Assembly (NCBI GenBank): GCA_947474435.1
Contig: CANJII010000008.1
Span: 139 to 64,138, forward strand
Direction: 5' to 3'
Length of the DNA: 64,000 nt
Source of the DNA: Chitinophagaceae bacterium
Lineage (GTDB): Bacteria; Bacteroidota; Bacteroidia; Chitinophagales; UBA10324
Part shown: piece by piece, positions 10,456 to 20,333 of the stretch
How the letters are laid out: the number at the start of each line of letters is the position of its first letter
How positions within the stretch are numbered: position 1 is the stretch's first letter
Notes under the pieces: model-generated
The model's database searches: none
Told to the model about the DNA's origin: nothing
What the model saw: only the letters and a program-made list of their open reading frames with translations
Position numbers and translations under genes: made by a program

Positions 10456-12459
10456 TCATTCGAGCTTCTGTGTAAAAATAATTTCATTAGCTGCATCCTT
10501 ATCGCCGGAATAATAAAACCGGAAACCTTTTATGTATTTGCGTAAAGCAGCGTTCACATCGGTAAGTACCAGATTATTGATAGTGGCATATAAATTCTCA
10601 GCATCTTCCCAAGTATCATTCATTTCACTTTTGCCGGTGGTTTTTGCTATGGCTTCGTTGCTTTCGTTTTGCAGGTAATAGCTGGTAATGTAATGGTCCT
10701 TGGCTGTTTGCAATTCATCAGCAGTGAACCCAAGTTTCTTTGCTTTTTTTATTTCATCAATAATTACCTGTATTGCTTTTTCAGGGTCAACTGCAGTAAG
10801 TTTAAGCAAACAAAAATTCTGACGATAACCTGCAACCGCAAAGTCATAATCACTCAGGAGGTTGGTTTTTTGCTCTGTTATTGTATTGATGCGGCTGTTT
10901 AAAATGGAGAGCGCAATGGTTAACTCTGTTTCATCTATACTGCCTGCATCGGGTGCTGCTGCAATTCCGAGTATGCGATTCACTCCATTGTCATTCGCAC
11001 TAACAAACTTGAATGCAGAACCATTGAAATCAACTCCGCCGAAACTGGTGCTTGCATTTGTTCCGTTTACAATGCCTTTAAAACCTGTGCGTATTTTCTG
11101 ATTCAGTTCATCAGCAGAAAAATTTCCGCAAACAACAAGCGTAAATCGTTTGCGAACCATAATTGAAGCATAATATTTTTTCACTTCTTCAGCAGTTAAC
11201 TTACTGATAGATGCTGTTGAACCTACAGGGTTTTTATCGTACTGCTTACCAACAAACGAATAGCTCAATGCAATTTGCTGTAACACATCAAATCCATTTT
11301 GACCTGAAGAGTTATTGGAAACTTCATCGCGTACTGTTTCAAACACATCGGCTTGAAAACCTGTTCGGGCAATGAGGTCGGTAAAAATCTGCCAGCTGTC
11401 ATCAAATTGTTTTCGCAAACAATTCATGCTGATGATGGAATAGTCAGGAGTGAGTTTGTAATTAATATCAATGCCTAACTGTTCCATTTTTATTTGCACC
11501 TGTTCGGCTGTCAGGGTTTTTGTTCCCCCCTGCAATCCCCAATTAATTGCAAGTGCTTCAATGCCTTCCTTGGCAACAGTGTAGTTAGAAGTTCCACCAC
11601 TGATAAATAATTGAACCGATACCATTTCGTTTTGCACCGGTTTCAGAATGGTGCGAATGCTGTCGATGGAAAAATCTTTTACATTACTGTTGGTGGGTTT
11701 AATTTTTATAAGCTGGGGCGCAACCGGCACTGTAACAATTGGTGCTGTTACACCAGGAGCATTTACTGAAGAATTAGTTACAGTTGTTACAGGTTGATTT
11801 GAAGTATTTTCCTTAGAAGTAACGACTGGCAGAGCGGTAACGGGATTTGGATTTTGCTGAACCGGATTGGTTGCATTTGCATTCGGCACCCCGAAATCGG
11901 TCATGGATAAAATTTTATTTGCTGTTCCGGTTGGTTGTGTGCCCTTGTATTTTGAAAGCAGTGTGGTGTTAGTTATTAAATCATCAGCAAAAATGCGCTC
12001 CAATAAAAAATGTTCCGGCAATGCAGTGTTTTTTCTGATCACCTGATTCACTTTCAAATATGTTTTATTCTCGGTGAGGAATGCGAGCGAGAGCGGATAC
12101 TTATTTACAGGTTCTTTTTTAAATGTTCCTTTCAGCCCGAAAATGCTTCCGAGGCTGTCAGAATAATTTATTTCGAACCGTGAAGTATCGGCATTCACAA
12201 TTAACTGCACTTTGATTTTTGCAGTGGGTTTTTCATTCACAACCGTAATGCTTGCGAATTGTTTTCCATCAGCAATATCAATGAGTTTGTAAGTGGAAAT
12301 ATATTGTGTACCAATAGTAGCGAAGGTGAGGGTAAAATTAAAATCGGTTTTTGCGTTGGTATTGAAGTTGGTTATTGCGCCCTTAAAAATACTTTGCGCA
12401 AAGCTTGCATTGAAAACGAAAAGAGAAATAATAAGCTGTGAATAGAATTTTATTTTCAT
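10456..12459 (-). CDS. M16 (pitrilysin)-like protein without a zinc motif, N-terminal extra domain, secreted
   Basis: 667 aa. Signal peptide MKIKFYSQLIISLFVFNASFAQ. The C-terminal ~400 aa looks like M16 domains, but the motif position reads GIEALAINWG with no HxxEH. ATGA overlap with the upstream gene. Confidence 0.6.
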   Translation of the reverse strand: MKIKFYSQLIISLFVFNASFAQSIFKGAITNFNTNAKTDFNFTLTFATIGTQYISTYKLIDIADGKQFASITVVNEKPTAKIKVQLIVNADTSRFEINYSDSLGSIFGLKGTFKKEPVNKYPLSLAFLTENKTYLKVNQVIRKNTALPEHFLLERIFADDLITNTTLLSKYKGTQPTGTANKILSMTDFGVPNANATNPVQQNPNPVTALPVVTSKENTSNQPVTTVTNSSVNAPGVTAPIVTVPVAPQLIKIKPTNSNVKDFSIDSIRTILKPVQNEMVSVQLFISGGTSNYTVAKEGIEALAINWGLQGGTKTLTAEQVQIKMEQLGIDINYKLTPDYSIISMNCLRKQFDDSWQIFTDLIARTGFQADVFETVRDEVSNNSSGQNGFDVLQQIALSYSFVGKQYDKNPVGSTASISKLTAEEVKKYYASIMVRKRFTLVVCGNFSADELNQKIRTGFKGIVNGTNASTSFGGVDFNGSAFKFVSANDNGVNRILGIAAAPDAGSIDETELTIALSILNSRINTITEQKTNLLSDYDFAVAGYRQNFCLLKLTAVDPEKAIQVIIDEIKKAKKLGFTADELQTAKDHYITSYYLQNESNEAIAKTTGKSEMNDTWEDAENLYATINNLVLTDVNAALRKYIKGFRFYYSGDKDAANEIIFTQKLE

Positions 12460-14138
12460 GGCATAAACAATTTAAACTGTACGGTCATGTTGTTTCGTAA
12501 TTGGTCGTCGTTATCGCTATGGCGGATGTAAAGTGAAACGGTCATTGCATCCAGAGCAGTTTCGGGAACTCCGTTTGACTCCAGCATTTTATAAACAGAA
12601 AGAAACCGTGCTTTGGCAATTTCTTTTTTCTCTGTTTCATCCTGATTGGCAATTAATTCAAGTTTCAGTTGCGGATTTATTTTCAGCAGTTGAGCAAGGC
12701 TGTTTACCATTTCTTTATTCTGTGGGTCAAAAATCTGATCGTCACTTTTTGTAAATGAAATTTTATAGTCACTTGGTTTTAATGTAGGGGTTAATATAGC
12801 TGATGAATTAAAGTTTATTTTTTGTGAAGGTGAAATCAATAATCCGGCAACAAATGGTTTGTTTTGAAAATAGAGCTGACAATAATTGATCACATCATTC
12901 ATTGATTTTAATGCATCAATTGATTCATCTATATCGAATGATGGAGCTGCATTTGTTTTAGCCCAACCTGCACCAACGAAATGAGAAAGTTGAGTTGCCC
13001 TCTCGGTATTGTATGCGTAGTTGGAATATAACAATTGTACAGCTTGCTTAATTTGTTCAGTGGTGTAACTGCTGAAATTTACTAATGCATTGATTTCATT
13101 TCTTGCTTTATCGTAACACTCGCCAAACTTTTCAGGTTTTGGGGCAATGATAAAATCGAATGATGAACCAAATTTCAGTTTGCGATACCGTGCACTCACC
13201 TGGTAGGCATATCCACCGGTAACTAAATTTTTGTTGAATGAAGAAGCAGCTGAATTAACAAGTGCTTCCAGTAATTCACCCGAGGAAGCTGTGTAAGGAT
13301 TCTCGCGCAAATCAGGAACCGGGAATGAAATAACCAATAATGGATTTTGGGCCAGTGGGGTTTCAACCACAAATTGCGAAGAGTAATTTATGCTTGAATA
13401 ATCAGGAACAGGATATATATCAGTTGGTAACTGACTGCTTTTAAAAAACGCATTAAAGGTAGCGCCCGCTTTCTGAAAAATATCTTTATGATTTACATCA
13501 CCTGAAATAACAATGCATGAATTGTTTGGTGAATAAAACAGTTTTTGATATTCTGTTAATTTTTCAGGAGAAGTTGTTGAAGCAATTTTTGATGTAACGA
13601 TTGCTTCTTTTCGTTCCGTAGCATTCGGAAATAAATTTTTATCTAATTGCTGGTCAAATAAAAAATAAGGGTCACCCTGAATCTGCGATTGATCGGCAAA
13701 AACAGAACTCAGCGCAGAATCAACTTCTTCAATCTGAAACAATGGTTGCTTTACTGCACTCAAAAAAAGTTTTAAAGCATTGTCGATATTCCGTTTTGAG
13801 CAAGTGAGGTATACCGATGTATGTTCCTCGCTTTGCGTTACTCCGGTTACTGCTCCGAGTTGTTTGAGTTTTTGATTTATTAAATCCTGAGTTGGATAAT
13901 CTTTGTTCCCGGCAAAAAATAATTTCTGAATGAGTGAAGCATATCCTTTCACCTCTTTTGATTCGTAAGCAACTCCGTCACGCACCACCCACTCAATAGT
14001 TACCAAGGGAACTGTCGGGTTTTCGGCTACAATACAGGTTAGTCCATTGTCGAATTTTTGAGAAAAAATATTTTCGTCTGTTTGTGCAGGTGATAATAGG
14101 GGCAGAAAAAATAATAGCAGGAAAAACCTGGTCGTCAT
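12456..14138 (-). CDS. M16 (pitrilysin)-like protein with a degenerate active site and an OmpA-C-like tail
   Basis: The track ORF was trimmed to the ATG at 14138 (MTTRFFLLLFFLPLLSPAQT signal). GYASLIQKLFFAG aligns to GxAHxxEHxxFxG with H>S, E>Q and H>K. The C-terminal ~100 aa resembles a degenerate OmpA-like domain. Confidence 0.65.
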   Translation of the reverse strand: MTTRFFLLLFFLPLLSPAQTDENIFSQKFDNGLTCIVAENPTVPLVTIEWVVRDGVAYESKEVKGYASLIQKLFFAGNKDYPTQDLINQKLKQLGAVTGVTQSEEHTSVYLTCSKRNIDNALKLFLSAVKQPLFQIEEVDSALSSVFADQSQIQGDPYFLFDQQLDKNLFPNATERKEAIVTSKIASTTSPEKLTEYQKLFYSPNNSCIVISGDVNHKDIFQKAGATFNAFFKSSQLPTDIYPVPDYSSINYSSQFVVETPLAQNPLLVISFPVPDLRENPYTASSGELLEALVNSAASSFNKNLVTGGYAYQVSARYRKLKFGSSFDFIIAPKPEKFGECYDKARNEINALVNFSSYTTEQIKQAVQLLYSNYAYNTERATQLSHFVGAGWAKTNAAPSFDIDESIDALKSMNDVINYCQLYFQNKPFVAGLLISPSQKINFNSSAILTPTLKPSDYKISFTKSDDQIFDPQNKEMVNSLAQLLKINPQLKLELIANQDETEKKEIAKARFLSVYKMLESNGVPETALDAMTVSLYIRHSDNDDQLRNNMTVQFKLFMP

Positions 14139-14190
14139 TTGTTGTTTTGTGTTTGCAACAAACCTAAACGAAAATAAGAGATTGTGAAAA

Positions 14191-14976
14191 TCAGAAATGC
14201 AAACGAAAGTGTTCTTTGTTGCGGTCTTTACGCAAAAACAATATTCCGATCCTGAATAAATCAATGCTGAGTGTAACTGATGAATGTTTTTTTATTTCAT
14301 TCCATGCCTGCTTCATTTCAGGGCTCCAGTAAATATCATCTAATACAACAATGGAATTTTCATTCATAAATGGCAGTGCTGAATGGAAATAATCAAGCGT
14401 AGGCTTCAAACGGTGATTTCCATCGAGGTATAAAAAATTTACCTGTTTCATTTCAGCTAAAACTGATGGCAACTGATCTTCAAATTCCCCCTGAATCAAC
14501 TGAATATTTCTGCGGTTAAGAAATTCAAAATTCTTTTTCGCTGCCTCCGCAATTGATTTGCTTCCTTCAATGGAATAAATTTTTTCATTATTACTGACTG
14601 CAGATAAATAAGAAGTTGTGATTCCCAATGAAGTTCCAATTTCAAGTATGTTATTGCATTGGTAATGCTGAATTATACGAAACAGTAACTGCGAATATTT
14701 TTTAGGAGCGGCTGAAGTTTTAGCTATAAACGAAATTGTTCTTTTGTTTTTCTTTTCCAGTAAAGAACCAGCCCCAAAATCTTCCACCTCAATTATTGAT
14801 TTATCTACTTCAAGTTTCCTTCGAAGTTTTTCAACTTCTCCATAGCAATAAAAATTCCGTTGGTCATTCATCACCTCATTGATAAATGAAAATACAAATG
14901 GCGAATGGATATAGTATTTTGACTTTGCCTGAATCAGGTATAACAGGAATTCTTTTGCTGTAAATAATTTATTCAT
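14191..14976 (-). CDS. Class I SAM-dependent methyltransferase (O-methyltransferase family 3-like)
   Basis: 261 aa. SAM motif I ILEIGTSLGITTSYL, with later LYLDGNH and VLDDIYW. Confidence 0.7.
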   Translation of the reverse strand: MNKLFTAKEFLLYLIQAKSKYYIHSPFVFSFINEVMNDQRNFYCYGEVEKLRRKLEVDKSIIEVEDFGAGSLLEKKNKRTISFIAKTSAAPKKYSQLLFRIIQHYQCNNILEIGTSLGITTSYLSAVSNNEKIYSIEGSKSIAEAAKKNFEFLNRRNIQLIQGEFEDQLPSVLAEMKQVNFLYLDGNHRLKPTLDYFHSALPFMNENSIVVLDDIYWSPEMKQAWNEIKKHSSVTLSIDLFRIGILFLRKDRNKEHFRLHF

Positions 14977-15061
14977 AGCGCACTTTCAAAAATCGCTGTG
15001 CAAAATGGTGACAAAACAATTCGGATTAAAAATTATTTTTGAGTTTATTAAAATCAAACAA

Positions 15062-16072
15062 ATGAAAAAACACATTTACACACTACTTATTTTTTGCATT
15101 TCAATAGTGAGTTTTACAGCATCCGCTCAGGTTGAATTTCATTCAGTGAAAGAAATTTCTTCGCATGATATTCAAAGACCAGCACCAAACACAAGATTGT
15201 TTTATGATACTTTAATTCCCGCATCTCAGGATAGCTTAGGTTATGGATTTTGTGGCGACACTTTAAAAATTTATAAATTGAATTTGCCGGCGCACGGCTA
15301 TATCGGAGGGAATAATTCAAACGGAGATAAAGAGATCATGCAAAAATTTGGAGTAACGGGCAGTGGTGGTGTTTACACTATACTTGGATTGTTTGGAAAA
15401 AAATCAAATACCACCAATGCTTTAATTACCGCAAAAATGTATTCTGTAGATCCACTTACTCATGCTCCTGATACATTTATGCAGGTTACTGACCCAGTAG
15501 CACTTGCCGATATTGATACCAATTCTTTTTCAGGCCTTTTTACTACCTTCCCTTTTCCGGGGGTTATTTATTGTAATGATTCTTTTTTTGCCGCTATTGA
15601 ACTTCCAACAATTACAGGTGATACAATTGCTATTTATATGACACCGCAAAATTGTTATAGTGGCGACCAGCAAGCTTATGTACTTAAATCAAATGGCAGT
15701 TTTGTGGCATTGGGTGGTGCTGGTTCGTATGGTTTAGATGCTGATTATTGGATTTGGCCGGTATTTATTCCTGATACATCAGTTGGTAACAGTGCCATTT
15801 CATTAAGAGATTTATCCTTGTTTCGGGCATATCCAAATCCTGCTACAAATTGCATAACGGTAAATTTTTCAATTAAAAATGTGGCAGAAGTATGGGTTGA
15901 TTTTGTTGACGATTTAGGTAGATTGGTAAAAACAGTAAAATTGGGAAATCAACTTCCCGGCATGCACTCCCTCAATGTCGATATTAGCGATTTACCAACT
16001 GCTAATTATTATTATTCTATTGCCACACCTAACGAAAGATTGTTCAGTAAAATTTCAGTTGTACATCAGTAA
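15062..16072 (+). CDS. T9SS cargo protein, unknown function (paralog A)
   Basis: Trimmed to the ATG at 15062 (MKKHIYTLLIFCISIVSFTASAQ). The CTD reads AYPNPATNCITVNF...ANYYYSIATPNERLFSKISVVHQ. Confidence 0.7.
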   Translation: MKKHIYTLLIFCISIVSFTASAQVEFHSVKEISSHDIQRPAPNTRLFYDTLIPASQDSLGYGFCGDTLKIYKLNLPAHGYIGGNNSNGDKEIMQKFGVTGSGGVYTILGLFGKKSNTTNALITAKMYSVDPLTHAPDTFMQVTDPVALADIDTNSFSGLFTTFPFPGVIYCNDSFFAAIELPTITGDTIAIYMTPQNCYSGDQQAYVLKSNGSFVALGGAGSYGLDADYWIWPVFIPDTSVGNSAISLRDLSLFRAYPNPATNCITVNFSIKNVAEVWVDFVDDLGRLVKTVKLGNQLPGMHSLNVDISDLPTANYYYSIATPNERLFSKISVVHQ

Positions 16073-16104
16073 ATTGCTTTCTGTTATTTTGAAATTACAT
16101 TTGA

Positions 16105-16130
16105 AGCCCTCACAAAAGAGGGCTTTTTTA
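16105..16130 (+). terminator. Rho-independent terminator
   Basis: AGCCCTC-acaaaa-GAGGGCT followed by a T-run. Confidence 0.7.
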
Positions 16131-16133
16131 TTT

Positions 16134-17102
16134 ATGAAAAATTTTTTTTCGTTTTTGATTTTAACCATAATTTCCATTTCATTAAATGCACAAAGCAGAA
16201 AATCCAATCCAATAAATTTATCCGAATATCAAACGAAGCGATTTAGAAGTATTAGTGATACCTTAATTCCTTCAAGTTTTATTGATACAAGTTCCGGAGG
16301 CATGGGATGCCAAAGTGTTGTTTATACAGTTGACAGTAATTTTCCTATAGATTCAGGATATGTGACGGGCACTAATGTATACAATGACTTGCAAAAAAGT
16401 CAACGATACAATATTTCTGACTTTGGATTTGATAGTATTCAAATCAATAAGGTAATTGTCCATTTTGGAATTTTGCATCCAAGTGATTCAGACGGATATG
16501 TAACCGCAAAAATTTATCAATTGAATTCACTTGGTTTTCCTGATTCGTTAATTGAAACATCAGATACATTAAATGTCACCGATCTGATTTTTAATATAAA
16601 TGGAATAGCTGAATTTAATTTTGATCTGCCAGTACTATGTACAAAATCATTTGCAGTAAGTGTTGATTTCAGTAATTGCCAACAGGATACTATTGCAGTA
16701 GCACACACAATTCAAAACTGCTTTGAATCAACCGGCAGTTCATTTGAGCAATGGGATGATTTTTCCTGGCACCAAATAAAAAATTCATGGCAGTTTGAAA
16801 CAGATCTGGCAATATTTCCTGTGTTAAGTAATGGGGTGTTAATAGCTGCTGGTTTGGTTTCGAAAAAAAATAATATTTCAATTTATCCGAATCCGGTTTT
16901 AGATCTGTTAAATATTTCTTCTTCAAGTCAGTATAATGAGTTTTCAATTTATAGTTTAGTTGGAAAGAATATTATTCAGCAAATTGTAACTGAAACTAAT
17001 GATTTTCAATTTAATTTTTCTGAATTTTCTAACGGAATATATTTTATAAAATTGGCAGGAAATGAAGGAGAGTTTGTGAAAATGATAGTTGTGCAACATT
17101 GA
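16134..17102 (+). CDS. T9SS cargo protein, unknown function (paralog B)
   Basis: Trimmed to the ATG at 16134 (MKNFFSFLILTIISISLNAQS). It shares DTLIPxS.. and ..TAKIY.. blocks with paralog A. The CTD reads IYPNPVLDLLNI...NGIYFIKLAGNEGEFVKMIVVQH. Confidence 0.7.
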   Translation: MKNFFSFLILTIISISLNAQSRKSNPINLSEYQTKRFRSISDTLIPSSFIDTSSGGMGCQSVVYTVDSNFPIDSGYVTGTNVYNDLQKSQRYNISDFGFDSIQINKVIVHFGILHPSDSDGYVTAKIYQLNSLGFPDSLIETSDTLNVTDLIFNINGIAEFNFDLPVLCTKSFAVSVDFSNCQQDTIAVAHTIQNCFESTGSSFEQWDDFSWHQIKNSWQFETDLAIFPVLSNGVLIAAGLVSKKNNISIYPNPVLDLLNISSSSQYNEFSIYSLVGKNIIQQIVTETNDFQFNFSEFSNGIYFIKLAGNEGEFVKMIVVQH

Positions 17103-17234
17103 CAACTTTAATAAATTCGTATAACTGTTTCTCACATTTTTTTTGATTCAAGCATTGTTTTACAATCCCATGACTTTGTAATTCAAATATTTTAATACAT
17201 TAGCCCCACAAAAAATCAAAACCCAAAAATAAAA

Positions 17235-18500
17235 ATGAAAAAAATTGCTACAACTTTAGCTCTCATTGCGATTGTTTTTTCGAGCACATGGGCTCAAACA
17301 ACAACGGCTGATTTGCACCCGCAAGGATTAAGTCTTCCTTCCTTAAACAAAAAAATAGTGCCTAATTTTAAAAACCTTCATCCTACAACTCGTGGAGGAA
17401 GTAAATGGTTTGCATACTGGGATGCCGTAACAACAATAAACGGTGCAGCATCAAGTATTAATTTTCAATATCTTTTTCCTGATTCAAACATTACTGCTTA
17501 TTTTGGAACAACTGTAGGTAACCCATGGATTCACAACATTGCTACAGTTTTAGATCCTACTGCAAGCATGTTTACTCAAGCTGCAACAGCAGGAGATATT
17601 CAGGTTTCTCTTTCTGATTCTTATCAGGTTGATTCGGTTGAATTATGGTTTGTATATGTTAGAAACAATCCAGATCCCAATGTTATTGATACCATGTTGA
17701 TTGAAGCATTTAGCGATAATACCGCCAACAATATTCCAATTTATTATTTTACAGGAATGGCTACTCAATTTGGTAGTGATACAGTACGATTTCCTGAAAT
17801 AAATTATAGTCAACCTCAGAATGTTGCTGTAGCTACAAATAAGGTTTCTGTAAAAATTCCATTGGATGCTGCATTTGCAGTTGATACCAATAGTTTAGGT
17901 TGGAATTATGTTACAGTAGATGTTTCTGCATTAGGTACCATTAACGCAGCTGGGTTGGTGGCTGCTACAGCTAAATTTATTCCCGGCTATACTTATAGCC
18001 TAGCAGATACTTTATCAAATTTGAATGAATGTGACTTTGCTTCAATAGAAGAAATTACTGATCAATTTCAATCGTATACTCCGGGCGAATACAATTGTTC
18101 ATTAATACTTCCGGTTGATGTTCGTTACAACATTGCAGGAACCTGGAATGATTTCTTTATTCCTAGTTATGCATATACAGGTGCAACTTATAGTTATGAG
18201 CATCATTTGTTTTGGTTTGATGTAGTTTGCAATTCTTGCTTTGGTGTAGGTATTGATGAAACTGCTAAATCAGAAGTACTAAATGCATATCCAAACCCAT
18301 CTTCAGATGTGTTATACCTTGATAACACATTGAACTCAGCCGTGAATATTTACAGCATTGATGGTAAAATGATTGAGTCATTCATTTCTGATAATAAACT
18401 TTCAAAAATTGATGTTTCTTCATTAGAAAACGGAATGTATATGTTTGAAGTAATTGCAAATGGTGGTTCTTCAAAAGGTAAATTTGTTATTAACAGATAA
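17235..18500 (+). CDS. T9SS cargo protein, unknown function
   Basis: 421 aa. Signal peptide MKKIATTLALIAIVFSSTWAQ. The CTD reads AYPNPSSDVLYL...NGMYMFEVIANGGSSKGKFVINR. Confidence 0.7.
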   Translation: MKKIATTLALIAIVFSSTWAQTTTADLHPQGLSLPSLNKKIVPNFKNLHPTTRGGSKWFAYWDAVTTINGAASSINFQYLFPDSNITAYFGTTVGNPWIHNIATVLDPTASMFTQAATAGDIQVSLSDSYQVDSVELWFVYVRNNPDPNVIDTMLIEAFSDNTANNIPIYYFTGMATQFGSDTVRFPEINYSQPQNVAVATNKVSVKIPLDAAFAVDTNSLGWNYVTVDVSALGTINAAGLVAATAKFIPGYTYSLADTLSNLNECDFASIEEITDQFQSYTPGEYNCSLILPVDVRYNIAGTWNDFFIPSYAYTGATYSYEHHLFWFDVVCNSCFGVGIDETAKSEVLNAYPNPSSDVLYLDNTLNSAVNIYSIDGKMIESFISDNKLSKIDVSSLENGMYMFEVIANGGSSKGKFVINR

Positions 18501-18514
18501 GGATTTTTTTAATG

Positions 18515-18553
18515 AAAAAAACCGCTTCGATAAAATCGAAGCGGTTTTTTTTT
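18515..18553 (+). terminator. Rho-independent terminator
   Basis: A-run, then CCGCTTCGA-taaaa-TCGAAGCGG, then a 9-nt T-run. Confidence 0.8.
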
Positions 18554-18613
18554 GCGTTGATTTTTCACTTTCCTGTTTTAATTTACATTTGTCCATCAAC
18601 AAAAAAAATAGTT

Positions 18614-19342
18614 ATGAAAAAAATACTCCTCTCTTTTTCCTTTTTGACTTTCTTAACTTTTAATTCCTTAGCACAAAAGGGATTTCATGCCGGGATTGAA
18701 GGTAGCTATAACACAGTTTGGATCATCAATCAAAATTCTTATGGAAGACCTGAATACGATTATGTGTTGGATATGGGTGGAGCATTTAAGTTAGATGTTG
18801 GATATAATTTTACAAATCACATTGGAGTTCAAACAGGTTTTACTTCTTTTAAAGGCGGGCAGAAGTATGAAGATTCTCATGGAACAGGTGTATTACGCGA
18901 GGTGAAAATGAGTTATTCCGGAGTACCGATTCTATTTAAACTGATTGGCGGGGAAAGCAAAGTGAAATTTTATTTTTTGATTGGGCCGCAACTTTCTTTT
19001 TTAAGTAAAGCAGAATTGACTGGTAATTATATTGCAGCAGATCCAACAACTTTGACAAATGGAAAAGTGCGTTTTGAAAAAAGTAATTCAGGTTTAAATT
19101 TTGGATTGGGTGCAGATGTTTCGGTTACTGATTTTCTTTATATAAATGCCGGTATGTCGTTCTTATATGGTTTCAGTGATATAAACGCAGCAAGTGGAAG
19201 CGGACCTGATTCATACCAGAATACTTCATGGACTTCATGGAGATTTCCATCACCAAATACCGGGACATACGAAAAATCTAATATGGCTAATGGTGGTTTT
19301 TCAATAGGAGTGCATTACATTTTGAATAAGTCTGAAAAATAA
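18614..19342 (+). CDS. Outer-membrane beta-barrel (porin-family) protein
   Basis: Trimmed to the ATG at 18614 (MKKILLSFSFLTFLTFNSLAQ). Alternating amphipathic strands, with aromatic residues near the C terminus (..GGFSIGVHYILNK). Confidence 0.6.
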   Translation: MKKILLSFSFLTFLTFNSLAQKGFHAGIEGSYNTVWIINQNSYGRPEYDYVLDMGGAFKLDVGYNFTNHIGVQTGFTSFKGGQKYEDSHGTGVLREVKMSYSGVPILFKLIGGESKVKFYFLIGPQLSFLSKAELTGNYIAADPTTLTNGKVRFEKSNSGLNFGLGADVSVTDFLYINAGMSFLYGFSDINAASGSGPDSYQNTSWTSWRFPSPNTGTYEKSNMANGGFSIGVHYILNKSEK

Positions 19343-19370
19343 TTTTTTGCCGAAATTTTTATTTGAAAAC

Positions 19371-19411
19371 AAAACCCCGATTAACATTTGTGAATCGGGG
19401 TTTTGTTTTTT
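19371..19411. terminator. Bidirectional terminator between convergent genes
   Basis: AAAA-CCCCGATT-N10-AATCGGGG-TTTTGTTTTTT. It lies between the + gene ending at 19342 and the smpB stop at 19410. Confidence 0.75.
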
Positions 19412-19874
19412 AGCGCTCTTTCAATATTCTGTCTAAGTCGCGTTTTGAATCTTTCTTTTTTATTGAGTCTCTTTTGTCGTGCAGTTTTTTTCCACGCACT
19501 AATCCGATTTCCAGTTTTGCAAATCCTCTGTCTGAAAAAAATAAATTGATTGGAACAATTGTGAATCCACGCTCTTTCACTTTTGCTTGTAATTTTTCCA
19601 ATTCTTTTTTCTTCAATAATAATTTTCGAGGGCGCATGGGTTCGTGATTAAAATGAGAACCATTACTGTATTCCGAAATATTCAGGTGACGAACCCACAA
19701 ATCATTTTTCTGAAAGGCACAAAATGCATCACCCATATTCGCTTTTCCTTCCCGCACACTTTTTACTTCGGTTCCGGTAAGCATAATTCCGGCAATGTAT
19801 TTTTCCATCACTTCATATTCATACAAAGCGCGTTTGTTATTAATTGCTGTGTTCTTGATTTTTACTTCACTCAT
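19410..19874 (-). CDS. smpB: SsrA-binding protein SmpB
   Basis: 154 aa. NKRALYEYEV..GTEVKS.R.GKAN..DAFC, IVPINLFF and a basic C-terminal tail. Confidence 0.95.
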   Translation of the reverse strand: MSEVKIKNTAINNKRALYEYEVMEKYIAGIMLTGTEVKSVREGKANMGDAFCAFQKNDLWVRHLNISEYSNGSHFNHEPMRPRKLLLKKKELEKLQAKVKERGFTIVPINLFFSDRGFAKLEIGLVRGKKLHDKRDSIKKKDSKRDLDRILKER

Positions 19875-20263
19875 CAGATGCTGTTAAATACTTTGTCCAG
19901 TTTTTCTTTCTTTAAAATTTTTTGTGCGGTTTCTCCATTGGCGATTAACCGGTTTCCTGCATGTGCTTCAAACAAACAGAGCACTTCGTTTTTATTCAAT
20001 GAAATAAAAGTACCTGTGAAAATTATTTCAGTACCGACATTTGCCGGAGCGTGATGAATAACTTTAACCATGCTGCCGATTCCTTCTTCATCATCGTCTT
20101 TTATATCAAGTACAAATAAGCGGCACACCCATTCCGCATCGCGTGTAATTGCGTAGGTGGAATAAACCGAATGCAAAGCGCCGGTTCTGAATTTCACAAG
20201 ATCATCAGCTTCAACCCTGCAGGTGTATTTTTTTTTATCGCCGGGATTAAAAATATTTTTCAT
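19874..20263 (-). CDS. Hotdog-fold thioesterase-like protein (FlK-like), tentative
   Basis: Trimmed to the ATG at 20263 (MKNIFNPGDKKKY..). Size and pattern (..ATxxxxxxxEW.., ..VGS...V.H.AP..G) resemble small hotdog thioesterases. No search was run. Confidence 0.45.
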   Translation of the reverse strand: MKNIFNPGDKKKYTCRVEADDLVKFRTGALHSVYSTYAITRDAEWVCRLFVLDIKDDDEEGIGSMVKVIHHAPANVGTEIIFTGTFISLNKNEVLCLFEAHAGNRLIANGETAQKILKKEKLDKVFNSI

Positions 20264-20333
20264 AGTGCAAATGTGATGAAAGAAAAGAAGTTCTATGCAA
20301 CTTTCCGTTTGTAACCTATAAGCCAAAAAGAAA

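Noticed and set aside
19343-19409. tmRNA (ssrA) or tRNA next to smpB
   Set aside because: The spacer contains only a terminator hairpin. No tRNA-like acceptor or T-arm (GTTCGAATC-type) sequence lies in any intergenic region of the window.
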